Origin: a virus | Lineage: Duplodnaviria; Heunggongvirae; Uroviricota; Caudoviricetes | IMG/VR virus record: IMGVR_UViG_3300020578_005505 | Strand: one strand, 5' to 3' | Length of the DNA stretch: 64,000 bases | Shown: one piece after another, positions 1-9,347 of the stretch | Position numbering within the stretch: position 1 is the first letter of the stretch | Layout: each line of letters begins with the position of its first letter | Program-made: the position numbers and the translations under genes | Notes under the pieces: model-generated | The model's database searches: none | Told to the model about the DNA's origin: nothing | What the model saw: the letters and a program-made list of their open reading frames with translations, nothing else

Positions 1-99
1 GAAGATCAACGATATCCTTTGAATGTAAGTGAGGAAAGTCTCCTCCGTCAATATGTATCCAATCGTTCCCGAAATCTCTTTTTCCGCAGCCTAAGTTTA
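1..99 (-). CDS. Partial CDS (N-terminus only; gene runs off the window start): class I SAM-dependent methyltransferase-like
   Basis: Minus-strand ATG at 99-97 then MLKINLGCGKRDFGNDWIHIDGGDF..., the Gly-rich LNLGCG motif I typical of SAM methyltransferases. Open to position 1. Confidence 0.4.
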
Positions 100-130
100 T
101 CTTTAACATTGAATATGAATATTATATTTC

Positions 131-754
131 TCACTTAAATTTAAATCCAGTTAATTTTTCTATTTTTTGAATATTAACTTTATTATTTTCTAATCCATCT
201 GCCTTAGTTGTATCATTATCAAATAAATAAGCTAACCATTCCTTTGTCTTTTTAACATAAATAACTTTCCAACATTGTTTAGGTACAGATACAGTTCCTA
301 TTTTTTTATCCTCACCTACTGAACCACACCATACTTTAGTTGAATCATTTTTTAAAGCTAGTTCACGAGTAAATGATTCTAATGTTTTCCAATCACCTCT
401 ATTTAAAGCTGGGTATTGAGCAGTCATATTACTAAAATAAAATGATTCATCATTAGCTACTTGATCACAAGCAGCATCAGCAGATGGAAAGTTATGTCCA
501 CGGTCAAATCCTTGTCCTGTATAACTTGATTGTAAATTAGTTTCATTAGCTAATTTAGGGTCAGAAATAAATTTATCACCACGTTTAGCTTTAGTATCAC
601 ATATTAACTTACTTTTAGTTAACCACCATTCTACTTTAACAGGATAGTGTTTTGATTTACTAAATGTAGTAGAATAAGCTTTATGATAAATTGTAATTGT
701 GTCTTGGGCAAAGACATTTGAAATAAGTAATAAAAATAATAATAATATTCTCAT
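131..754 (-). CDS. Secreted DNA/RNA non-specific endonuclease (Serratia nuclease/NUC1 family)
   Basis: N-terminal signal peptide MRILLLFLLLISNVFA and the DRGH active-site motif (FDRGHNFPSADAA). Confidence 0.7.
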   Translation of the reverse strand: MRILLLFLLLISNVFAQDTITIYHKAYSTTFSKSKHYPVKVEWWLTKSKLICDTKAKRGDKFISDPKLANETNLQSSYTGQGFDRGHNFPSADAACDQVANDESFYFSNMTAQYPALNRGDWKTLESFTRELALKNDSTKVWCGSVGEDKKIGTVSVPKQCWKVIYVKKTKEWLAYLFDNDTTKADGLENNKVNIQKIEKLTGFKFK

Positions 755-757
755 AGA

Positions 758-1171
758 TTAATCTATAAATGTTTTATCTAAAGCTTGTCCTTCATAAGGA
801 CCTGTTTTATACTCGTAAACCAAAGTATTGTCTTCTAGTATTAAATAATTATGTCCTCCTTGAAGAGTAAAGCTTGCATCTCCTGGTTCTAAAATACGCT
901 CAGCAATAATAGTATCATCTAAATCGTAGAAAATACATTTTACTTTGCCTTGAACTACAATCCAACTCTCTTGTGCAATTACATCTCTTGTTCTCTCTTT
1001 CCAAATATGTCTGTGAGGTCTAAAAGTTTTACCCTGTTCCATATTGAGGATAGAACATTGAATAAAATTCTCTTCAGAAACGATATCTTTTCTTCCAGGA
1101 GCCATATCTTCTTTTCGAACGATAATGTGAAGTAAAACTTCAGTCTCATGCTTACTGTAAATATTTTCCAT
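758..1171 (-). CDS. Cupin-fold sugar 3,4-ketoisomerase/epimerase-like protein (WxcM/FdtA-like)
   Basis: 137 aa, small beta-rich protein with His-containing cupin-like motifs, sitting in the glycosyltransferase cluster. Family assignment by resemblance only. Confidence 0.35.
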   Translation of the reverse strand: MENIYSKHETEVLLHIIVRKEDMAPGRKDIVSEENFIQCSILNMEQGKTFRPHRHIWKERTRDVIAQESWIVVQGKVKCIFYDLDDTIIAERILEPGDASFTLQGGHNYLILEDNTLVYEYKTGPYEGQALDKTFID

Positions 1172-1172
1172 G

Positions 1173-1976
1173 CTATAGTTTTATCCAAGTTTCAGGGATC
1201 AGATCTCGTGTATCTAGATCTATTCTTGCAGGACCGAACCACTCCTTAGGTGCTATGACTATTTTATTTTGATTTTGATTAAGCCATGCTCCCCACCAGC
1301 TGAAAGTACTATTGGCGATAATATTATGATTACAGTATGACATTAGGTATAGATCGATATAGTCTTCTTCTCTTTCAATATAAGTAATATCTTCTGATTC
1401 TCCAAATACTCCTTTACAGTAGTTTATATCATCACTAAAAATTACATAACTATCAATCTGAGTATTTGAAGTTAGATACTTGATTGCTCTTGTATAGTAC
1501 TCACTACTTGCAATCGGATGATGGTTAGGCAAGTTTACATAATCGCCTCTCCGTATATGAATTGATAAAGCATTACAGCTTAGAATTTTTCTGTATTTAT
1601 CTTCAATATACTTTTTTATCTGATCGGTAGGAGAAAATAGATCTAGGATTAATTGACGGTTATGAGCAAAATATCTTTCAGATTGCATATAACCTCTATA
1701 GATAATATCATCATGTGATTTGAGATCATGATATCCATAATTCAATTCTAGATAAAAAAACTTACTAGCATCAATATCTTCTCGAGGTACCTTAGAAAAA
1801 ATATTATGGTGATAGTTACCAAAAGAAGGATTCTTAATTTGAGGAAATGTAACTTTAAGGTTATTATCATAAGCATGACTATACAAAGCTGCTACCTGAA
1901 ACATTTGGTTACATAATCCGAAATTATACTTACCGTCTCCTGGACCTAAAATATCACAGGTTATGAATCCTGTCAT
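1173..1976 (-). CDS. Glycosyltransferase family 11 (alpha-1,2-fucosyltransferase-like)
   Basis: HIRRGDYV motif, matching the GT11 HxRRGDY signature. 267 aa. Confidence 0.6.
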   Translation of the reverse strand: MTGFITCDILGPGDGKYNFGLCNQMFQVAALYSHAYDNNLKVTFPQIKNPSFGNYHHNIFSKVPREDIDASKFFYLELNYGYHDLKSHDDIIYRGYMQSERYFAHNRQLILDLFSPTDQIKKYIEDKYRKILSCNALSIHIRRGDYVNLPNHHPIASSEYYTRAIKYLTSNTQIDSYVIFSDDINYCKGVFGESEDITYIEREEDYIDLYLMSYCNHNIIANSTFSWWGAWLNQNQNKIVIAPKEWFGPARIDLDTRDLIPETWIKL

Positions 1977-2712
1977 AGACTTTCTGCTTTGTTCTAATAA
2001 TCGCTTCTGTTTCTTTTTGTTTATTCAACCCTAATTTAGCTTCATTCATTTCATTCTCTCTATTCAAAATCAAGAGTATGTCATCTGTTTTAATAGCTCT
2101 TTTATTCCCAGCCATTTCAAGCATAGGAAACATAAGCGCTAGATCACTCGCTTCAGTATAAATCTTACCTGTTCTAGGATCTAACAGATCGTTCCTATCG
2201 ACTTTTTTAAAAAGGCCTGCTTTGTAAGTCCGTAAGTGACTGGATACAAAAGGATATTGCTTGTAAGCATTTGCATCACTTACTTCATTCGGAATAGAAA
2301 GAGATGCGTGTCCGCCTAATTGTCCGCTTGGGTACATTTGATAGTTACCATAAGTCAGCCAACATTGTGTGTTATTGTAGACGCTATTTAGATACTGTAA
2401 AACGAACACTGAAGCTAGCCAATCGTCCCCGTCTATATTAACAATGATATCTTCATCTGCAGGATTAGCATAATCGAAGGCTTTAACAATATTTTCTAAT
2501 GGGGATCCGGCATTAAATTCGTTTTTAAAAATATGAAACCTGGTATCTCCAGCTATCTCTTCTATCAACCTCCCTATAGTATTATCTGGAGATGCATCAT
2601 CAACAAAATACACCTCGAAGTTTTTATAGGATTGAAACTTAAGCATATTAACGTACATCTCAATCCATCTAGAAACCTTATATGCTGCTGTAAGAATAAT
2701 AAATTTATTCAT
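1954..2712 (-). CDS. Glycosyltransferase family 2
   Basis: FVDDASPDNT (DxD/DDxS-type GT-A motif) close to the N-terminus. Confidence 0.65.
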   Translation of the reverse strand: MNKFIILTAAYKVSRWIEMYVNMLKFQSYKNFEVYFVDDASPDNTIGRLIEEIAGDTRFHIFKNEFNAGSPLENIVKAFDYANPADEDIIVNIDGDDWLASVFVLQYLNSVYNNTQCWLTYGNYQMYPSGQLGGHASLSIPNEVSDANAYKQYPFVSSHLRTYKAGLFKKVDRNDLLDPRTGKIYTEASDLALMFPMLEMAGNKRAIKTDDILLILNRENEMNEAKLGLNKQKETEAIIRTKQKVYDRIHNL

Positions 2713-2714
2713 AG

Positions 2715-3293
2715 TTAATCAAAAAGAACTATACCTGTTCCGCTAAAATGTCCTAAATTAGTAATGTCTTTTTTTTCATAAGTTATTTCATTCCAATAAC
2801 TTACCATAGCATCATTTAAATAAATGTCATCGAGAAGTAAAATTCCTTTCCAGTTTATTTTTTTAAGATATTCATAAACGGCGTTTTCAAAAGGACCGTC
2901 ATGAGCTGTATCTAAAATTATTATACTACTTTTCTCAAACAGTTGAATCTTTTCAGTATCTAAAATATTCTCTACATAAAAATAGCAGTTATCAGTAGGC
3001 TGATTTACCATTCTTCTATCAACTAGGTCAAACGAATGAACAGTATTAGTTTTATTTGATGCTAGTGCTAAACATGAACATCCTATGTGAGTCCCTAGGT
3101 CTATAATAATTTCATTACTAACTAAACTGGCAATATTTACTAGCAGTCTATAATGCTCTCTTCCTGCTTTGTCAGTAAAAAAATTCCTATAATTATGATC
3201 TGTAATATTCAAGGATAGTTCCTCTACTTCAACATTATTAATTGTTTCAGGTGTAGTACTAATAATTGTTTCGTAAATTTTTTTTAGAATCAT
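2715..3293 (-). CDS. Putative SAM-dependent methyltransferase (FkbM-like)
   Basis: IIDLGTHIGCSCLALA resembles methyltransferase motif I. Confidence 0.35.
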   Translation of the reverse strand: MILKKIYETIISTTPETINNVEVEELSLNITDHNYRNFFTDKAGREHYRLLVNIASLVSNEIIIDLGTHIGCSCLALASNKTNTVHSFDLVDRRMVNQPTDNCYFYVENILDTEKIQLFEKSSIIILDTAHDGPFENAVYEYLKKINWKGILLLDDIYLNDAMVSYWNEITYEKKDITNLGHFSGTGIVLFD

Positions 3294-3304
3294 TTTGTAT
3301 AGTT

Positions 3305-3940
3305 TTATACAGTTCTATAATAACCTCCTATCTGGAATTTAGTTTTAGTATTTATAGAACCATACTCACTTGGCTTGTATCTAGAATAAGTCATAACCCT
3401 AAAGTCTACACTAACTCGGCACTTACCTGTTATATTAATTTTATTTCCATGTCTTAGATTGGCACCATCCCACTGTACCAATTCTCCATACTTACACTCT
3501 ATAGGTAGATAATCCCCTTTATCTTCTTCAGATTCTACCCAAATAGTATTAGTATCGAAGGCCTCAGTAAAAGGTAAGAAGAAATTATCTTCATCTACTT
3601 CTCCTGCCCATTTAACGTCTCTATAATTTTTATCCTTATGAAACTCTCCAACGGCAATATTATTAGGGTAAGCAACTCTGAAGGTAGGAATTGCTTGATA
3701 TACTATCTGTTCGCCATATAAAGGTTTAACTACTTTAAGAATGAAACTATTGTAGAGCTTTTCGAATGAATCTGTTCGCGCCCACTCGTAGAAAGCTTTA
3801 TGGTACTTTGTACTTTGATCATTCTCTCTCTTGAAAACATCTACTTCATCATTTAATAAAGCAAGATCATTAACCTCAAATAGTTTTTCAATAGCTTCTT
3901 TAAATGGAAAGGTAGTAGTATCGTAAGTTACTGTAGTCAT
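3305..3940 (-). CDS. Putative Fe(II)/2-oxoglutarate dioxygenase (PhyH-like)
   Basis: HKD (HxD) followed by a distal His/Arg (NLRHG...R), the arrangement of the 2OG oxygenase facial triad. Weak call. Confidence 0.3.
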   Translation of the reverse strand: MTTVTYDTTTFPFKEAIEKLFEVNDLALLNDEVDVFKRENDQSTKYHKAFYEWARTDSFEKLYNSFILKVVKPLYGEQIVYQAIPTFRVAYPNNIAVGEFHKDKNYRDVKWAGEVDEDNFFLPFTEAFDTNTIWVESEEDKGDYLPIECKYGELVQWDGANLRHGNKINITGKCRVSVDFRVMTYSRYKPSEYGSINTKTKFQIGGYYRTV

Positions 3941-3941
3941 A

Positions 3942-4874
3942 TCACTTGTTTGAAAGTATATTAAAAAATTCTATCATTCTTTGTTTCCATGTATGCTTTT
4001 CAAGACATATTTGATTTGCTCTTAATGCTAGCTCCGCTCTTAGATCAGGTTTATCTAAGTAAAAGTCAATAGCGTCTATCCAATCCTCTTTCGAAATATA
4101 AGGAATAGCCCCGTCAAAAACATTTAACACCTCGGGATGATCGCTTATTTGGAAATTATTACTTAATGCTATTTCATAAACCCTAGTATTAAAATCTAAC
4201 TTAAATCCTTCTTGGTCTAACTGCTCTCTTTTTTGTTGGTCGTAATGGAAGTTCAAATTTACTTTGGTAGCGTTATATACTTCATTTAAAAAAGAGTATT
4301 TAACGGTAGGATAGTTTATACCTTTATAATAGAAGCCTCCAAAGAAACCCTTATAACCTCTATCGATCACAGGAAATAAATAAACATCTTGATATCTATA
4401 TCCATGTCCTTGGCCTCCGAATCCTCCTACAAAGCTTACATCGTAGGTTTTACTAAATTCGTTTACAGTTTTATAGTAAATACTTTGAGTAGCTGCTAGA
4501 GGTAAGAATGCTACCGGCAGTCCATTTTCTTCAAACTTCTTTTTAACATATTCATGCTTCATAAATGGCTCTATCCAAAGATCTACTACCCCTTTTAATC
4601 TTAAAAAGTAATCTTTAAAGCCAGAAAAATTAACAATAATTTTAGTGCTTGGATGTTTGTCTTTAAACGTTAAAACAGGTATTAACATCTCAGGAGTTAT
4701 TCCCATAATAACTAAGAGATCTGGACTTTCTGGAAGCTCGTATGCGTTTAAGTCATATTTAAATTCAAGAATATAAGGTTCGTGACCTAGGTTTTCTAGT
4801 CCTTCATACCATCCAACTCCTCCAGGAACGAAATGATCTAATGATTCATATATTGCTACTTTTAAACTTTTCAT
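3942..4874 (-). CDS. CgeB-like/GT1-fold glycosyltransferase
   Basis: C-terminal NTRVYEIALSNNFQISD resembles the GT-B C-terminal domain of CgeB/DUF3880 proteins. Confidence 0.35.
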   Translation of the reverse strand: MKSLKVAIYESLDHFVPGGVGWYEGLENLGHEPYILEFKYDLNAYELPESPDLLVIMGITPEMLIPVLTFKDKHPSTKIIVNFSGFKDYFLRLKGVVDLWIEPFMKHEYVKKKFEENGLPVAFLPLAATQSIYYKTVNEFSKTYDVSFVGGFGGQGHGYRYQDVYLFPVIDRGYKGFFGGFYYKGINYPTVKYSFLNEVYNATKVNLNFHYDQQKREQLDQEGFKLDFNTRVYEIALSNNFQISDHPEVLNVFDGAIPYISKEDWIDAIDFYLDKPDLRAELALRANQICLEKHTWKQRMIEFFNILSNK

Positions 4875-5488
4875 TAAAATGTATTATAAAAAGCATTTTG
4901 ACTTTCTTGTCTCTCTATTCCTTTCTTATGTATTAAACAAAACTCTTCAGTTGCAGGAAGCATAACATAATTACTATGTCCGATAATTACTTCATGTACT
5001 TTACTTACCCAGCTAATCTTCGGGGAATTTTGGAGTATTCTTGTTTGGTAATCAGGGAAGTTAACATAGCCGGTATCGTTTACATGCCATCTCCATTTCT
5101 GAATATGCTCTTGAGTTAGACCTTCTACTAAATTTATTCTAGGTACCAAGAAAAGATCTACAGTAGGATTTGCAGCTAATATTTCAGGTAAATTCAATAA
5201 TAATTCAGGGTATAGATATTCATCTGCATCGATCTGGAATATCCATTCTCCAGTACATTTGCTCTTCAGATTATTCTTGAATGCAGCAAAGTTGCCCTTC
5301 AACGGAAACTGCCATAGTGAGAATGCCGGATACCTGCTTATAACTTCCAATACCTCTTTAGTTACAGAAGTATCAACTTGAATAACTACCTCGTCTACGT
5401 CTCTGATACCTCTATCTAGCTGATCAAGTAGACGAGCTAATTCCTCGTGCTCGTTATGAGCGGTAACAGCGTAACTTATTCTGAACAT
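4874..5488 (-). CDS. Glycosyltransferase family 2-like
   Basis: N-terminal ISYAVTAHNEHEELARLL and a DxD-like QIDADEY motif. Start overlaps the stop of the upstream ORF. Confidence 0.5.
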   Translation of the reverse strand: MFRISYAVTAHNEHEELARLLDQLDRGIRDVDEVVIQVDTSVTKEVLEVISRYPAFSLWQFPLKGNFAAFKNNLKSKCTGEWIFQIDADEYLYPELLLNLPEILAANPTVDLFLVPRINLVEGLTQEHIQKWRWHVNDTGYVNFPDYQTRILQNSPKISWVSKVHEVIIGHSNYVMLPATEEFCLIHKKGIERQESQNAFYNTF

Positions 5489-5931
5489 TATTCTTGATTA
5501 AATACTCCAATATAATCACACGCTTCTATAAAATCACTTCCAAAGTGCTTGATTGATTTAGCATCAGATTTATAGGATAAATTTTTATACTTCGGTTGCT
5601 TTTTTTCTTCCTCGGTTAAAGGAATTACTTTAATAGCCGACCATTGCGTTTCTTCTTTAGTCTTTCCATTCAGAAAAACAGTGCCTCTATCGGATATGTT
5701 GATACTAATTGGATACCATACTCTCTGTTGATTATCTACAAATTTAGTATCCTTATAAAGTTCAGGTAGAGTTTCTTCGTATTCTTCAAAATTAAACTCT
5801 CCTTGCTTCATTAAATCGTTAGTCTGAAAGCCACATCCCCAGCAGAAATAATTAAATTTAGTTTCGTTTATGGGTGTTACGTAGCAGCCGTCGCATCCAC
5901 ATTTAGGGCATATTATCATCTGATCAGTCAT
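5488..5931 (-). CDS. Hypothetical Zn-ribbon protein
   Basis: CPKCGCDGC...CWGCG cysteine pairs. Confidence 0.3.
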   Translation of the reverse strand: MTDQMIICPKCGCDGCYVTPINETKFNYFCWGCGFQTNDLMKQGEFNFEEYEETLPELYKDTKFVDNQQRVWYPISINISDRGTVFLNGKTKEETQWSAIKVIPLTEEEKKQPKYKNLSYKSDAKSIKHFGSDFIEACDYIGVFNQE

Positions 5932-6166
5932 TCAGTAGCGTTTTATCTTTTAGAAGTAGATTAGTGTTAGTAGAATGCCAAATCTTTATAGGTTCGGGCA
6001 TATCTGATGTTGCATTAGGCTTAGGACTATAATCAGGAAAAGACAACGTGTCTTGTACTTTATTAAGTTCTTCTAGAATAGTATCCCATTGCTCGGGAGT
6101 AATATTGTACGAATTAGCTGCTTTAGAAAATCCTTTTAACCAGGTAGTAAATTCTTTAGATGTCAT
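5924..6166 (-). CDS. Hypothetical protein
   Basis: ORF in an operon-like array, overlapping its neighbours by a few nucleotides. Confidence 0.3.
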   Translation of the reverse strand: MTSKEFTTWLKGFSKAANSYNITPEQWDTILEELNKVQDTLSFPDYSPKPNATSDMPEPIKIWHSTNTNLLLKDKTLLND

Positions 6167-7476
6167 AAAGTTAATTTTGTAAGTTTAGGAAGTTCAATTT
6201 TTTTTAGCTTAGGTAATACTATCTCTTTTTGTTCAGGTACGTAACGGTTTAAATATTCATTTAAAACTAAGACCATGTTGTCCCAGTTAAATTCATTTTT
6301 AATTTTATAAGCTTGCCTCTTAGCAGGTCCTTCAAATTTACTATAATTTTTATAAACGTCAACTAAAGCTTGGGCAGCTGCAGAATGATTGACTGAGAAC
6401 CAAGATGAGCCTTCTATAATTAGCCCTTTTGCAAATGCTGAAGGATGTACGGGAGTTATTTCTCCTGGGAGAAGGATGCTAAATTCAGGGTTCAAAAAAT
6501 CAGTATGACCGGACCATCCTGAAGCGATTAAAGGTTTTTTAGATAGACTGAATTCAGCTAATGGTCTACCGAAGCCTTCTCCTTTAGTTAGAGATACGAA
6601 AGCCTTCACTTTTGGATGATTATATAAATTGTTAATCTCCTTATCATCTAAATCACCGTGTACGAGATAAATATTTGGAAGTTTTTTTGCTTCTACGCTT
6701 TCTCTAATTATATCTATTTTTCTTAATACCTCATCTCTATCCATTATGCTAGCACCAGCTTGAGAAGTTTTTAAAATCAAGGCTGGTTGTTCTTTTTTAT
6801 CTTTAAACGATTCTAAAAATATCTTAATTAAAAGACTCGTATTCTTTCTATCTTCGCCGAAGTCTCCTGGGAGCCAATGCCCCACAAATAAGTAACTAAA
6901 TTGCTCTGAAATACTATTTAGATTATTGACAAGAGGAGTACACTCTAATTGTTCTTTAGGGATATAAAAATACTTATTTAAATCTACACCTTCAAATAAT
7001 ATCTCTACAGGGGCTTTTATTTTAATTATTTCAACTACAGCGTTACTATTTTTATCCCTCTGCTCATAAGTAGTACTTTCAAATACTTTTTTAGCATGAT
7101 TAGAAGATACTAAAACTAAATTCATTTTATTACATCCTATAATGAATTCGGGGTCGCATACAGTAGTCTCTATTCCGGCAGTTACTCCGATATTTACTTT
7201 ACCTACAGGCTGAAATTCATTTGGAACCGTAATCTGTATCCATACATCTGGTTGCTTAGGTAACTGATTGTTTATTAAAAGAGGTTTCATCCATCCCCAC
7301 TCCTCTAGATTATCATCTATAAAACCCCAAGGAGTACTACCCCATCTCTGAGACATAATTTTTATATCCCATTGATCTTTTTTTAGTTCGTAAACTGCTT
7401 TTATAAAATCCCTCGCTCTTGCTCCATAACCGCTATAAGTATCCGGCGGAGCTGAAATAACACAGAACTGCTTCAT
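6163..7476 (-). CDS. Glycosyltransferase family 4 (GT-B fold)
   Basis: TKGEGFGRPLAEF matches the EX7E-type GT4 motif. Confidence 0.6.
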   Translation of the reverse strand: MKQFCVISAPPDTYSGYGARARDFIKAVYELKKDQWDIKIMSQRWGSTPWGFIDDNLEEWGWMKPLLINNQLPKQPDVWIQITVPNEFQPVGKVNIGVTAGIETTVCDPEFIIGCNKMNLVLVSSNHAKKVFESTTYEQRDKNSNAVVEIIKIKAPVEILFEGVDLNKYFYIPKEQLECTPLVNNLNSISEQFSYLFVGHWLPGDFGEDRKNTSLLIKIFLESFKDKKEQPALILKTSQAGASIMDRDEVLRKIDIIRESVEAKKLPNIYLVHGDLDDKEINNLYNHPKVKAFVSLTKGEGFGRPLAEFSLSKKPLIASGWSGHTDFLNPEFSILLPGEITPVHPSAFAKGLIIEGSSWFSVNHSAAAQALVDVYKNYSKFEGPAKRQAYKIKNEFNWDNMVLVLNEYLNRYVPEQKEIVLPKLKKIELPKLTKLTL

Positions 7477-7477
7477 T

Positions 7478-8923
7478 TTAATAAGTTAGCTTATGTATAA
7501 TTTTTTTCTTAGGTAATTTTGATATCTTAATAAATTCGTGACTTGGTCTCGGCTTCCATTTAGCAAAAGTCTCTTCAAGTGTATCTATAACATTTTTACA
7601 CATAGCTCTAGCTGACATCATAGATTCGTCCGAAGTTACCCATTTTCGAGCTTCCGCTCCGATAAACTTACGGAAATTCTCGCCTGATTTATAACAAGCA
7701 GATATTTGAATAGCGATATCTCGGAAGTCGGCTTTGTCGTCAAAGATATACGGAGTAGGTACGGACCCTACAAGACTAATATTGCTAGGAAATATGGGGA
7801 ATGCCCAATTGCCGTGAGTCTTATAAGTTCCGAAATGATTGCTACAAAAGTTTTCGTTAAACTCTATCCAATTGCCTTGCTTATCTTCAAATCTAATTTG
7901 ATCTTGCATTCCTCCGGTAACTGTTGCAATTATAGGCCTACCACACATCATACCTTCAGTAAGCGACAGTCCCCATCCTTCATTAGAAGAGACGAGGGCT
8001 ACTACGTCACAGCAGTTATATAATATATTCATATCATAAGGAGAGTTTCTATCAGTAGAAAATACTACCCTATGTCTCTCAGGATCACATAACAGCTCGA
8101 TAACTGCCGGAAGATCGGTTCCGTTATCATCTACAGGCTGTGTGTGTAGGAGTAATGCACATTTTTTAGCTTCTTCTAGAGGCAACTGATTGCAAAATTC
8201 AACATAACCTACTATCAAATCAGGTACACACTTCCTTCTAATATTTCGCGCGTTATAAAGAATAACGAAATTAGGTTGATTTTCTCCAAAAAACTTCTTT
8301 TTCTTCTCTTTAACCTTACTATAGTCTTCTGTCATTTCAGGAGTAATGGGATAGAATACTTCCTCGTTGATACCGTGAGGAACATATTTTATTACTTTGT
8401 CCTTAGCTTTTTCTCCAAGTACTAGCTTATTAATATTAAAAGTTTGCTTTGAGATAGCCATCAATGCATCACAAGATTCATAATAAGCTTTATTATAGAG
8501 AGGTGCAGGTAAATCGTCCCATATATTAAGATATACCATTGGTATTTTCTTTCTTACTTCATTCTCTATCTGAAAAAGCCAGATCCAATATCTAGGATCA
8601 GTAAAGAAAACGATAGCATCAGGCTTTTCGATTTCAATTAATTGACGTAAGATCTCTTGAGATCCATAACCTGAGTGAGGATATATAAAAACCGAAGCAT
8701 CTTCGATCTTCGCTAAAGTGTTTGTATCTGCGCATAAATCAAGTTTTTTACCTGCTTCTGGGTGTGTAATAGCTGCGCCTAAGTTAACCCAGTTTAAGCG
8801 ATGAGAGGTTCCGATAACTATCTCTTTAGCCATTGTAGATATTCCAGAGGTAAATCGAATATCGTCTGCAAGCAAAAGTATTTTTTTTCTCTGCTCTTTT
8901 GGAATATAACCTTCTTTTGACAT
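7478..8923 (-). CDS. Glycosyltransferase family 4 (GT-B fold)
   Basis: NEGWGLSLTEGMMCGRPIIAT, the classic GT4 sugar-donor-binding motif. Confidence 0.65.
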   Translation of the reverse strand: MSKEGYIPKEQRKKILLLADDIRFTSGISTMAKEIVIGTSHRLNWVNLGAAITHPEAGKKLDLCADTNTLAKIEDASVFIYPHSGYGSQEILRQLIEIEKPDAIVFFTDPRYWIWLFQIENEVRKKIPMVYLNIWDDLPAPLYNKAYYESCDALMAISKQTFNINKLVLGEKAKDKVIKYVPHGINEEVFYPITPEMTEDYSKVKEKKKKFFGENQPNFVILYNARNIRRKCVPDLIVGYVEFCNQLPLEEAKKCALLLHTQPVDDNGTDLPAVIELLCDPERHRVVFSTDRNSPYDMNILYNCCDVVALVSSNEGWGLSLTEGMMCGRPIIATVTGGMQDQIRFEDKQGNWIEFNENFCSNHFGTYKTHGNWAFPIFPSNISLVGSVPTPYIFDDKADFRDIAIQISACYKSGENFRKFIGAEARKWVTSDESMMSARAMCKNVIDTLEETFAKWKPRPSHEFIKISKLPKKKIIHKLTY

Positions 8924-9089
8924 GTAATTTATAGATTTATATCTTTCACTTTTTTAATTGCTTGAGACAGTATATTATCATAGTATAATTCATAGAACTA
9001 TAATTAAAGTTTTCGTATAATTTTAAATAATTTTATAAGTTTCCAACAAAATATATAACAATCTCATGCCTATTTTTGAATACTTAAAC

Positions 9090-9296
9090 TTATTCTGTTG
9101 GTTTGATATAACGAGCACTTAATTGATTATTAATAGTTCTTTTGAAGTCTTCGTTTGTAAGGTAAAGGAACATAGCTCTTTCTAAAAGATTTCTCATTGT
9201 AATCCTATTCTTTAAGCCCTCTTGCTTAAAGGCTTCAAATAATTCATCTTGAAGCCTGACTGTTGTCAGGATATCTCCTTTTTTGCCGATATGCAT
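9090..9296 (-). CDS. Small hypothetical protein, possibly a ribbon-helix-helix DNA-binding protein
   Basis: 68 aa, basic/helical C-terminus. Speculative. Confidence 0.25.
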   Translation of the reverse strand: MHIGKKGDILTTVRLQDELFEAFKQEGLKNRITMRNLLERAMFLYLTNEDFKRTINNQLSARYIKPTE

Positions 9297-9347
9297 ATAC
9301 TTGGTTTATTAATAAATAGTACGATCTATATCTAAAACTATATATCA

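Noticed and set aside
979-1188. 69-aa minus-strand ORF overlapping the cupin ORF
   Set aside because: It is an alternative frame of 758-1171, and the longer cupin-like ORF is preferred.
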